A stretch of 36,226 nucleotides of DNA from assembly GCA_035260725.1 (NCBI GenBank), contig DATFUR010000010.1, positions 1 through 36,226 on the forward strand. The letters are read 5' to 3'. Positions 1-6,566 of this stretch are shown in pieces. The translations under genes and the position numbers were made by a program. Origin of the DNA: Patescibacteria group bacterium. GTDB lineage: Bacteria > Patescibacteriota > Microgenomatia > Levybacterales > UBA12049. Each line of letters begins with the position of its first letter. The stretch's first letter is position 1. The notes under the pieces are model-generated. The model was not told the origin of the DNA. It searched no databases and worked only from the letters and a program-made list of their open reading frames with translations.

Positions 1-549
1 GAAGCCTTGGCCGGCGCTTTTTCTATGGCAACCGGCGCTTTCTTGGCAAGCCAGGCCGAAAGACAAGTTCATCTTCACGAAATTGCAAAAGAGAAGGAAG
101 AGATAAGGAAATATCCGAAAGAAGAAAAAGAAGAACTCGCGCTCCTTCTTAGGGAAGACGGTCTTTCCGAGGAAAGCGCCAAAGAAGTTGTAAAAATTTT
201 AGGAAGAAGTCAAAAGGCATTTCTTAATACCATGATTCAAAAAGAGCTCGGCCTTGAGCCAAACCCTCCGGGAACTCCTACGAAAGACGCCGTCTTTATG
301 GGATTTTCTTATCTTCTTAGTGCAATTATTCCTCTTTTTCCTTACTTTTTCTTTACAGGAATCCAGGCGATAATTTTTTCTATAGGTGCTACACTAATTG
401 CCTTGTTTTTAATTGGAGTGGCAAAAGGCAAAGTTGCCTCTCTGCCGTATTTTAAAAGCGGAGTTCAAGTTCTACTGGTTGGAGCCGGAAGTGGAATCGG
501 TGGATATTTTATTGGAATTCTATTGCCTCACCTTTTAGGAATCAAGTAA
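1..549 (+). CDS. VIT1/CCC1-family Fe/Mn transporter, C-terminal part (5' end lies outside the window)
   Basis: The frame is open from nt 1 (track ORF 7..549). It shows a GAFSMATGAFLASQAE segment, a charged cytoplasmic helix region (EKEEIRKYPKEEKEEL) and C-terminal TM helices ending GGYFIGILL. This is the usual VIT-family layout. Confidence 0.75.
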   Translation, partial: EALAGAFSMATGAFLASQAERQVHLHEIAKEKEEIRKYPKEEKEELALLLREDGLSEESAKEVVKILGRSQKAFLNTMIQKELGLEPNPPGTPTKDAVFMGFSYLLSAIIPLFPYFFFTGIQAIIFSIGATLIALFLIGVAKGKVASLPYFKSGVQVLLVGAGSGIGGYFIGILLPHLLGIK

Positions 550-565
550 ATTACATTTTTCTTGC

Positions 566-594
566 TTGACATTAAATTTTATATGATTTAATAT
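566..594 (+). promoter_or_regulatory. sigma70-type promoter TTGACA-17 nt-TAATAT upstream of the ArsR-family gene
   Basis: TTGACA lies at 566-571 and TAATAT at 589-594, with an exact 17-nt spacer, in the 47-67 nt gap after the VIT gene. Confidence 0.5.
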
Positions 595-618
595 ATTGAT
601 ATATTTCAATATATCAAT
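595..618. promoter_or_regulatory. perfect inverted repeat ATTGATATAT-TTCA-ATATATCAAT, candidate ArsR/SmtB operator
   Basis: The 10-bp arms (595-604 and 609-618) are exact reverse complements. The repeat sits just downstream of the -10 box and overlaps the ATG at 617. Confidence 0.5.
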
Positions 619-892
619 GAACAAACAAGTTCTCAAAGTATTTAAAGCTCTGTCGGATGAAACAAGAGTAGATATTATTCGCAGAATTATCGGCAAAAGG
701 GAGGTTCCTTGTCAAAAATTATCTAATAAATTTGATCTTTCTCAACCCACTCTTTCTCATCATTTTAATAAACTTATTGATGCCAATATATTAAAAGTTA
801 AAAAAGAAGGTACAAATCACTTTTATAGCATAGACAATAAATTTCTAAACAGACTTGGAATAAATATCGCCAAAGTTATTGGCAAAAATTAA
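617..892 (+). CDS. ArsR/SmtB-family winged-helix transcriptional regulator
   Basis: LSDETRVDIIRRI...CQKLSNKFDLSQPTLSHHFNKLIDANIL is the ArsR-type HTH with the S-Q-P-x-x-S-H-H-x-x-L recognition helix. I prefer ATG 617 over the TTG 596 used by the track. Confidence 0.85.
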   Translation: MNKQVLKVFKALSDETRVDIIRRIIGKREVPCQKLSNKFDLSQPTLSHHFNKLIDANILKVKKEGTNHFYSIDNKFLNRLGINIAKVIGKN

Positions 893-893
893 T

Positions 894-1505
894 ATGAAAA
901 ACTGGACAGAATTACCCGACCAAAAAATAATCGAGAAAACCATTGAGTCTTTAAAAGCAAATGGCATTGACGCTTTTTCTGTGGAAAATGGAAAAGAAGC
1001 AAAAGAAAAGGCTTTGGAACTTATTCCACAAGGGGCAGAAATTATGACGATGACGTCCGTAACACTGGATTCGATAGGTCTTCCCAAAGAAATCAATGAA
1101 TCGGGTAAGTATGATTCCGTAAGAAATAAGCTCAATTCACTTGACAGAAAAACACAAGGTCGCGAAATGCAAAAATTGGGCGCAGCTCCGGAATGGGTTG
1201 TTGGAAGTGTCCATGGGATTACGCAAGATGGAAAGGTACTGGTTGCTTCAAACACTGGATCCCAACTTCCTGCATACGTTTACGGATCCGATCACGTCGT
1301 TTGGGTAGTAGGAGCGCAAAAAATAGTTAAGGATTTAGACGAAGCTTGGAAAAGACTTTACGAACACACACTTCCTTTGGAAAGCGAAAGATTAAAAAAG
1401 ATATACAATGTTCCCAGCTTTGTTTCAAAAGTTTTAATAGTCCAAAAAGAGATAAAACCGGGTAGAATCACTATGATAATTGTTAAAGAAGTTTTGGGCT
1501 TCTAG
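894..1505 (+). CDS. LUD-domain (YkgG/LutC-like, DUF162) protein
   Basis: GSVHGITQDGKVLVASNTGSQLPAYVYGSDHVVWVVGAQKIVKDLDEAWKRLYEHTLPLE matches the LUD-domain core as I remember it. ATG 894 follows the arsR stop (890-892) by 1 nt. Confidence 0.7.
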   Translation: MKNWTELPDQKIIEKTIESLKANGIDAFSVENGKEAKEKALELIPQGAEIMTMTSVTLDSIGLPKEINESGKYDSVRNKLNSLDRKTQGREMQKLGAAPEWVVGSVHGITQDGKVLVASNTGSQLPAYVYGSDHVVWVVGAQKIVKDLDEAWKRLYEHTLPLESERLKKIYNVPSFVSKVLIVQKEIKPGRITMIIVKEVLGF

Positions 1506-1519
1506 TTTGTTTTAACTTC

Positions 1520-1528
1520 TGGTATAAT
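1520..1528 (+). promoter_or_regulatory. extended -10 element TGG-TATAAT, 8 nt upstream of ATG 1537
   Basis: TATAAT lies at 1523-1528, preceded by TGG at 1520-1522. There is no Shine-Dalgarno sequence before the ATG. Confidence 0.45.
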
Positions 1529-1536
1529 TTTTCTTT

Positions 1537-3228
1537 ATGCTCTCGCAAATAACTAATTCACAAAAGGTTTTAGTAATGATAGGTGTCATGCTAGGACTTC
1601 TTCTGGCCGCTTTGGACCAAACTATAGTTTCGACCGCCTTACCAAGAATAGTCCAGGACTTAAAGGGTCTTGAGCATCTTTCCTGGGTTGTAACGGCTTA
1701 TCTTCTTACGTCAACCGTAACCGTCCCAATTTATGGTAAATTGTCGGACATTTTTGGGAGAAAATTTCTTTTCCTCGGAGCTATAGTCGTCTTTATGCTG
1801 GGTTCGGCTCTTTCCGGAATTTCGCAGGACATGACACAGCTTATCTTATTTAGAGGACTTCAGGGAATCGGAGGAGGAGCGTTATTTGCAACTGCCTTTA
1901 CAATAATTGCGGATCTTTTTGCACCAGCCGAAAGGGGAAAGTGGATGGGAATTTTCGGAGGCGTTTTCGGTCTTTCCTCGGTTCTAGGTCCCACACTTGG
2001 AGGATATCTTACAGACCACGCATCTTGGAGATGGAATTTCTATATTAATATTCCGGTTGGAATCTTAGCTCTTGTGGTTGTTTATTTTTTAATGCCGCAT
2101 ATTAAAAGTACGGTAAAAGAAAAATATATAGATTACGCTGGGGCAATAACAATAATTTTGGGTCTTGTTCCTTTTCTTCTCGGACTTCTTTGGGGAGGAA
2201 ATCAATATCCTTGGGCGTCGTGGCAGATAATAGGACTTTTTGTAATGTCCGCAGTTTTCTTGACAGCTTTTATCTATGCTGAAAAGAAAGCGAAAGATCC
2301 GATACTTCCTTTGGATCTTTTCAAAAATAACGTTTTCCTTTTTTCCATTTTGGCAGTTTTCCTAACCGGACTTGGAATGTTTGGAGCATTTATCTACATT
2401 CCTCTTTTTGCCCAAATGGTTTTGGGAACTAACGCAACTAATTCAGGGCTTATTCTAACCCCTATGACTTTTGGGATTATTATAGCAAGTACTTTAACGG
2501 GACAAATAGTCTCAAGAACCGGTAAATATAAGATTCTAGCAGTTGCAGGTTTAGCTCTTGCCGCTGCGGCAATTTATTCGCTTTCTACGATGGACGTGAA
2601 TACAACCCAAAGAGATATGATCTTAAGAATGATAGCAACCGGATTGGGACTTGGGGTAACTTTTCCGATATTCACAATTACAGTACAGAATGCGTTTGAT
2701 TACTCAAGGCTCGGAGTTGTAACCTCGGCAACACAGCTTTTTAGAAGTCTTGGTGGAACAGTTGGAGTCGCAGTAATGGGAAGTATCCTAAATAATTCTC
2801 TGGCCAGTAAAATCCAAACTCTCAAAGGTGATCAATTTTTAAACCAGGTTTCGCAAATTAATCCACAATTTAATATTGAAAAATTAAACGTAAATCAACT
2901 ACAAGCGTTTTTCTCCGGCACTGGTAAAGCGCAATTTGAAAGCACTATCGCAAATCTTCCTCCCGAGATAAGAGCGCAAATAATCCAAAATTTCTCAGAC
3001 TTTATGTTGAAATTAAGAACTGTTCTCGCCGAATCAATTAGTGAAGTTTTCTTGATTTCATCTTTTTTTATGGTTCTCGCGGTTATATTTTCCCTATTTC
3101 TCAAAGAAGTTCCACTTAGAAAATCTCACTCCGACCGACCGTTTGCACAAGAAGCGGGAATAGAATTGGCGGAAGAAGAAGGACAAATCCCTCCAAAACA
3201 GGAAATTGAAATCTTCAGGAAAAAATAA
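1537..3228 (+). CDS. MFS transporter, DHA2 (EmrB/QacA-like, 14-TMS) drug/H+ antiporter family
   Basis: The N-terminus LDQTIVSTALPRIVQDLKG...VPIYGKLSDIFGRKF...LFRGLQGIGGGAL is the DHA2 signature region. The length and hydrophobic pattern fit 14 TMS, with a hydrophilic loop before the last helix. Confidence 0.85.
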   Translation: MLSQITNSQKVLVMIGVMLGLLLAALDQTIVSTALPRIVQDLKGLEHLSWVVTAYLLTSTVTVPIYGKLSDIFGRKFLFLGAIVVFMLGSALSGISQDMTQLILFRGLQGIGGGALFATAFTIIADLFAPAERGKWMGIFGGVFGLSSVLGPTLGGYLTDHASWRWNFYINIPVGILALVVVYFLMPHIKSTVKEKYIDYAGAITIILGLVPFLLGLLWGGNQYPWASWQIIGLFVMSAVFLTAFIYAEKKAKDPILPLDLFKNNVFLFSILAVFLTGLGMFGAFIYIPLFAQMVLGTNATNSGLILTPMTFGIIIASTLTGQIVSRTGKYKILAVAGLALAAAAIYSLSTMDVNTTQRDMILRMIATGLGLGVTFPIFTITVQNAFDYSRLGVVTSATQLFRSLGGTVGVAVMGSILNNSLASKIQTLKGDQFLNQVSQINPQFNIEKLNVNQLQAFFSGTGKAQFESTIANLPPEIRAQIIQNFSDFMLKLRTVLAESISEVFLISSFFMVLAVIFSLFLKEVPLRKSHSDRPFAQEAGIELAEEEGQIPPKQEIEIFRKK

Positions 3229-3245
3229 AAATCGCTGAAAGAATC

Positions 3246-3273
3246 TTGACTTTGTAAAAATTAGTACTATAAT
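3246..3273 (+). promoter_or_regulatory. near-consensus sigma70 promoter TTGACT-16 nt-TATAAT
   Basis: TTGACT lies at 3246-3251 and TATAAT at 3268-3273, inside an unusually long (about 530 nt) gap with no tracked ORF. Confidence 0.55.
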
Positions 3274-3347
3274 CCGCTTGAAGTTCTTTTAATTCTCTTA
3301 CCTCATCTTAAACACATTCTTTTACAGTAAGAGCAAAACTTCGGTAT

Positions 3348-3479
3348 ATGGCAGAAGAACCATTGAGAAACATGGGTTGCTTGCCAATTTTGGTTATGTT
3401 GTTTTCTTTTGGCGTTGGAACTGCTTTTTTCTTTGTAGTTTTTCTCCTCGTTTTGTTACCCCTCATGCCTCTTAGGTAA
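3348..3479 (+). CDS. possible 43-aa hydrophobic peptide (MAEEPLRNMGCLPILVMLFSFGVGTAFFFVVFLLVLLPLMPLR)
   Basis: I translated this ATG..TAA ORF by hand. It lies downstream of the 3246-3273 promoter and has a single long hydrophobic span. There is no good SD, so it is tentative. Confidence 0.3.
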   Translation: MAEEPLRNMGCLPILVMLFSFGVGTAFFFVVFLLVLLPLMPLR

Positions 3480-3606
3480 TATTTTATACCATTGTTTTAA
3501 TCTACGAAATACAATAGAAATTTCTTACATTAATCTTCTTGCATATTAATCTAATTCTTTTTAGCAAGTAATAGCTTTTAGTTACACCTAAAAGGAGGTG
3601 AAAATA

Positions 3607-3714
3607 ATGCCTAGAGGGCAACACTCAAAAGGACGAAAAGGCGGAAGATTCCGTAAATCGTCGAATAAAGGAAGTCAGAGTAGTATGGACATGAATACAA
3701 AAACCAGCTACTGA
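3607..3714 (+). CDS. 35-aa KGG-repeat (YciG/GsiB-like) general-stress mini-protein
   Basis: A perfect SD, AGGAGGTGA (3593-3601), lies 5 nt before the ATG. The translation is MPRGQHSKGRKGGRFRKSSNKGSQSSMDMNTKTSY, containing the G-R-K-G-G motif. The ORF is too short for the track. Confidence 0.6.
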   Translation: MPRGQHSKGRKGGRFRKSSNKGSQSSMDMNTKTSY

Positions 3715-3761
3715 CATTTTCCAAAAAAACAGGTAGAGAGGACCTCTATCTGTCGAATTTA

Positions 3762-4367
3762 TTATTGAGTCTCTCCCCCGTGACCCTCGCTTCTTCTTCC
3801 AGCCCAATCTATTTGTGGTTTTGGTGGTTCGATTTCATTATCCACCCAATCGGCTACTTGGGTTTGACCTAAGTTTTCCAGAATAGTTCTTAGTTCCCTT
3901 ACCCTTCCAAATATTTTTTCGTCATCCAATCCCATCTTCCGGCCCTCGCTAATACTTTTAGTAATACCCCTAGCGACAAACGTGAAACGTTGATCTACGT
4001 ATCTATCAACGATAGCAACTAATTGATATTTATTTATTTCCTGGGGCTCGAGTTTATCTACGTCGCTAAGTTGGAGATCCGGTTCGGTTTCTCCAATTAA
4101 CTCTTCTTGTCCCAGTATTTCTAAAAACCAATCTTGGATCTCAAAAACTCCACTAAGTCTCGCGTTTTCGACTGCTCCGGCAAGAGGAATAACATGTTTT
4201 GGTTTATCCGGGTCGTTCGGCTTGCCCGGTTCGAGGGTTTTTCGGTTGCTCCAATACAGTTTCAATAGATCAAACGTCTTTTTTTTGTCAAATTGTTCAA
4301 TCGGAGCGTATTTAGGCTTCGAGGTCTTTTCGGCACCGTGTTCTCCTATATCTCGTTCTGTCGCCAT
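3762..4367 (-). CDS. hypothetical protein (about 201 aa, acidic, no family recognised)
   Basis: This is the long ORF 3762..4415. The track's TTG start at 4415 lies inside a TTGACT -35-like hexamer, so ATG 4367 (MATERDIGEH...) is preferred. Confidence 0.55.
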   Translation of the reverse strand: MATERDIGEHGAEKTSKPKYAPIEQFDKKKTFDLLKLYWSNRKTLEPGKPNDPDKPKHVIPLAGAVENARLSGVFEIQDWFLEILGQEELIGETEPDLQLSDVDKLEPQEINKYQLVAIVDRYVDQRFTFVARGITKSISEGRKMGLDDEKIFGRVRELRTILENLGQTQVADWVDNEIEPPKPQIDWAGRRSEGHGGETQ

Positions 4368-4514
4368 AGGCAGGCCTGTACTATAAATATGATACTTTTT
4401 GATATATAAAGTCAAGTAAGAAGGAATTTACGATCCAGTTACCCCGCCTTAACGCAATTCTTAATCAACAAGTGAATAATGTATAAATAAGCTATGAGAG
4501 GAGGTGAAAAGTAA

Positions 4515-4676
4515 ATGAACGATACAAAAAAACAACAAGGCAGCCAAAACAAAGGGATGGATCAAGATAATAAAGGCGGTGCGTCTCAAGGTAAAAAGGG
4601 CGGACAAACAGACCAGGGAACAGAATTGGAGGATTTAAGCGAAGAGGACGCGGATGCAATTTCGGGCGATAAGTAA
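4515..4676 (+). CDS. 53-aa KGG-repeat (YciG/GsiB-like) general-stress mini-protein
   Basis: A perfect SD, AGGAGGTGA (4499-4507), lies 7 nt before the ATG. The translation is MNDTKKQQGSQNKGMDQDNKGGASQGKKGGQTDQGTELEDLSEEDADAISGDK, with NKGG and GKKGGQ motifs. It is not in the ORF track. Confidence 0.65.
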   Translation: MNDTKKQQGSQNKGMDQDNKGGASQGKKGGQTDQGTELEDLSEEDADAISGDK

Positions 4677-4721
4677 TGGCCCTCGTGAGGCTGGAGCAAG
4701 TGGTTCTAGCCTTAGAGATTA

Positions 4722-5204
4722 TTAATTCACTGTGGCAACATGACTTCTTATTATTTTATTTAAAAGTTTAGCACTTAATTCCAACGCTTCTTCAAAAATT
4801 TTTCCGTCTTCAATTCCGGCGCTTACTTTAATATGAAAAACTCCCCGTTCGTCTTCTGTCCAATCCCAAGACGTTGTTCCTGAAAAAGATACATTTTTTT
4901 TATGGTAAAGTTTCTTCAATTTGGTTAGGTATTCGATAAGGATGTGTTCAAACAAATGGCCTATCTCTGTATCTTTAACCTCTTCGGTAAAAGCAAGATT
5001 TTTGTCGTTAAAGCATTTGGAAGTCATTATACTAGGCAGTAGGTCTAGCAGGGTGGAATGTGTGTTTGGAAGGCTTTGGGTACTAATGTGGTTAGTAAAT
5101 AGCTTCATTCTTATTCCGGTATCTTTTAATCCCTGACTTATTTTTAGAAAAAAAAGATTTTCATTGTAATAGGTCTTAAATTTTGGAGGGGCAAATTTAG
5201 GCAT
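4722..5204 (-). CDS. hypothetical protein (160 aa)
   Basis: ATG-initiated ORF divergent from sodN. I recognised no family. It contains an isolated HLFEH string (see noticed_but_rejected). Confidence 0.55.
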   Translation of the reverse strand: MPKFAPPKFKTYYNENLFFLKISQGLKDTGIRMKLFTNHISTQSLPNTHSTLLDLLPSIMTSKCFNDKNLAFTEEVKDTEIGHLFEHILIEYLTKLKKLYHKKNVSFSGTTSWDWTEDERGVFHIKVSAGIEDGKIFEEALELSAKLLNKIIRSHVATVN

Positions 5205-5286
5205 AAAAAGATGTTTCTTACTGGACTCTTACTCTAGAAAGTATACAATTTTTGATTTTTTGAGTCAAGACTGGTTTAATATAAAT

Positions 5287-5772
5287 ATGCATAAATTTGT
5301 TGACTTTTTGGCTAAGCTCCTCAAAGAGGAAATTGCATATGCCCACTGCGACATTCCTTGTGGGATTTACGATCCATTCAGGGCACAGCAGGCTGCACAT
5401 ACCATAATACGCATGACGGAGCTTTTGGGGAAAATAGACAGAACCGATGAAATTAAAGCAGAACACGACGTTGCCAGATGTACCCGGGTTAAAGAAAAAC
5501 ACGGCGATATAGTAGAAGAAGAATTAGGTACTCTGCAAAATGATTACTTTAAAGAAGAGCACTTTAAAGAATATCCTACTCTTTCGGATTTGCTAAATAA
5601 AACCGTAAAGAGTTCAATTCTTGCCAGGCAAAGCATTAGTATGGAAGCAGCCGAGCAAACTTTATCCGGTGTCCTAGAGATTGCCGAAATATTTTTTAAA
5701 ACAAAAAAATTAACCCCGGTTAGAATCAAATCAGTCTACCCAACGGAGCGCGAAATGGTCCTCTATAAATAA
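5287..5772 (+). CDS. sodN: nickel superoxide dismutase precursor (NiSOD)
   Basis: HCDIPCGIYDP is the Ni-hook (H-C-x-x-P-C-G-x-Y) that must become the mature N-terminus. It is preceded by a 19-aa leader, MHKFVDFLAKLLKEEIAYA. The His20 codon CAC lies at 5344-5346. Confidence 0.9.
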   Translation: MHKFVDFLAKLLKEEIAYAHCDIPCGIYDPFRAQQAAHTIIRMTELLGKIDRTDEIKAEHDVARCTRVKEKHGDIVEEELGTLQNDYFKEEHFKEYPTLSDLLNKTVKSSILARQSISMEAAEQTLSGVLEIAEIFFKTKKLTPVRIKSVYPTEREMVLYK

Positions 5773-6047
5773 TGCTTTTGCAAAGGCTGAAAATTTCGGG
5801 ACACAGCATGGAGCCCTCAATCAAGGATGGAGCAGAAGTTTTAGCAAGTTCAATTCCCTTTATATTTTTTAAGCCAAAGGTAGGAAACGTTGTGGCTTTT
5901 AAATACTTTAACAAAATTTTGATCAAAAGAATAAAAAAATCCCAAAGCAATCATTTTCTTATGGAGGGAGACAACGTAAGCGACAGCCTTAAATTAGGCT
6001 GGGTCAATAAAAATGATATTATAGGTAAAGTAATTTATAAATTGTGA
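5772..6047 (+). CDS. sodX: S26-family NiSOD maturation protease (SodX-like)
   Basis: SGHSMEPS (catalytic Ser), IKRIK (catalytic Lys) and GDNxxxS blocks are present in a 91-aa protein. The ATG overlaps the sodN TAA by 1 nt. Confidence 0.8.
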   Translation: MLLQRLKISGHSMEPSIKDGAEVLASSIPFIFFKPKVGNVVAFKYFNKILIKRIKKSQSNHFLMEGDNVSDSLKLGWVNKNDIIGKVIYKL

Positions 6048-6565
6048 TTTTAAACTTAGTTCTCCTCTTAATTATTCTCCTGCTTTTAATTTTTTTATCT
6101 ATGATTTGGCCGCCGGACAGCCCATGGGCTCCATGGTGGAGAACTTCCGATGAAAAGATAAGAAAAGCTTTTAAGCTCGCGGATTTGAGAGACTCGGATG
6201 TTGTCTACGATTTAGGGTCGGGTGACGGAAGATCGGTAATTATTGCTGCAAAAGAATTTGGGGCTCGGGGAATTGGGGTAGAGATTGATCCCTTGCGATT
6301 TTATTTGTCAAAACTATTTGCAAAGTTTAATGGAGTTTCCCACAAAACAAAATTTATTAAAAAAAGTTTTTTTGATGTCGACATTTCCGACGCAACAGTC
6401 ATTTTCGTTTATCTTGTTCCCAAGACTTTAGAAAAATTAAAACCTAAATTTTTAAAAGAACTAAAAAGAGGAACGAGAATAATAAGTATTAACTACGAAT
6501 CAACTTTATCAAAACAAAATGCGATTGAAGTTGATAGAAAGAAAATAACTCTTTACAAAATTTAA
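6044..6565 (+). CDS. membrane-anchored class I SAM-dependent methyltransferase
   Basis: An N-terminal TM helix is followed by motif I, VVYDLGSGDGRSVIIAA, and the post-I motif GIGVEIDP. The GTG start overlaps the sodX stop (GTGA). Confidence 0.75.
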   Translation: MILNLVLLLIILLLLIFLSMIWPPDSPWAPWWRTSDEKIRKAFKLADLRDSDVVYDLGSGDGRSVIIAAKEFGARGIGVEIDPLRFYLSKLFAKFNGVSHKTKFIKKSFFDVDISDATVIFVYLVPKTLEKLKPKFLKELKRGTRIISINYESTLSKQNAIEVDRKKITLYKI

Positions 6566-6566
6566 A

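Noticed and set aside
596-616. N-terminal extensions implied by the ORF-track starts. These are TTG 596 (arsR), 879 (LUD gene), TTG 4415, GTG 9361 (helicase), 5260 (sodN), ATG 31281 (TatD-family gene) and 36041 (orf212).
   Set aside because: In each case an internal ATG gives the family-typical N-terminus, or sits 6-8 nt downstream of a -10 box, or both. The extension would overlap promoter elements or the upstream gene.
3308-3466. Minus-strand 52-aa basic ORF (MRGNKTRRKTTKKKAVPTPKENN...) antisense to the 43-aa hydrophobic ORF.
   Set aside because: The purine-rich stretch ends only 1 nt before its ATG, I found no minus-strand promoter, and the strong promoter in the gap points the other way. 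I keep it only as an alternative if strand-specific RNA data disagree.
4677-4721. Possible terminator hairpin in the convergent gap after the second KGG ORF (GGCT...AGCC, GCC..GGC).
   Set aside because: The stems are only 3-4 bp with no U-tract, which is not convincing as an intrinsic terminator.
4944-4958. An H-L-F-E-H string (HxxEH, the inverted zincin motif of M16/pitrilysin peptidases) in the 160-aa hypothetical protein.
   Set aside because: The protein is far too short for an M16 domain. The motif sits mid-protein, without the surrounding G-x-x-H-x-x-E-H-x-x-F-x-G context or a downstream Glu-containing region. It is probably chance.
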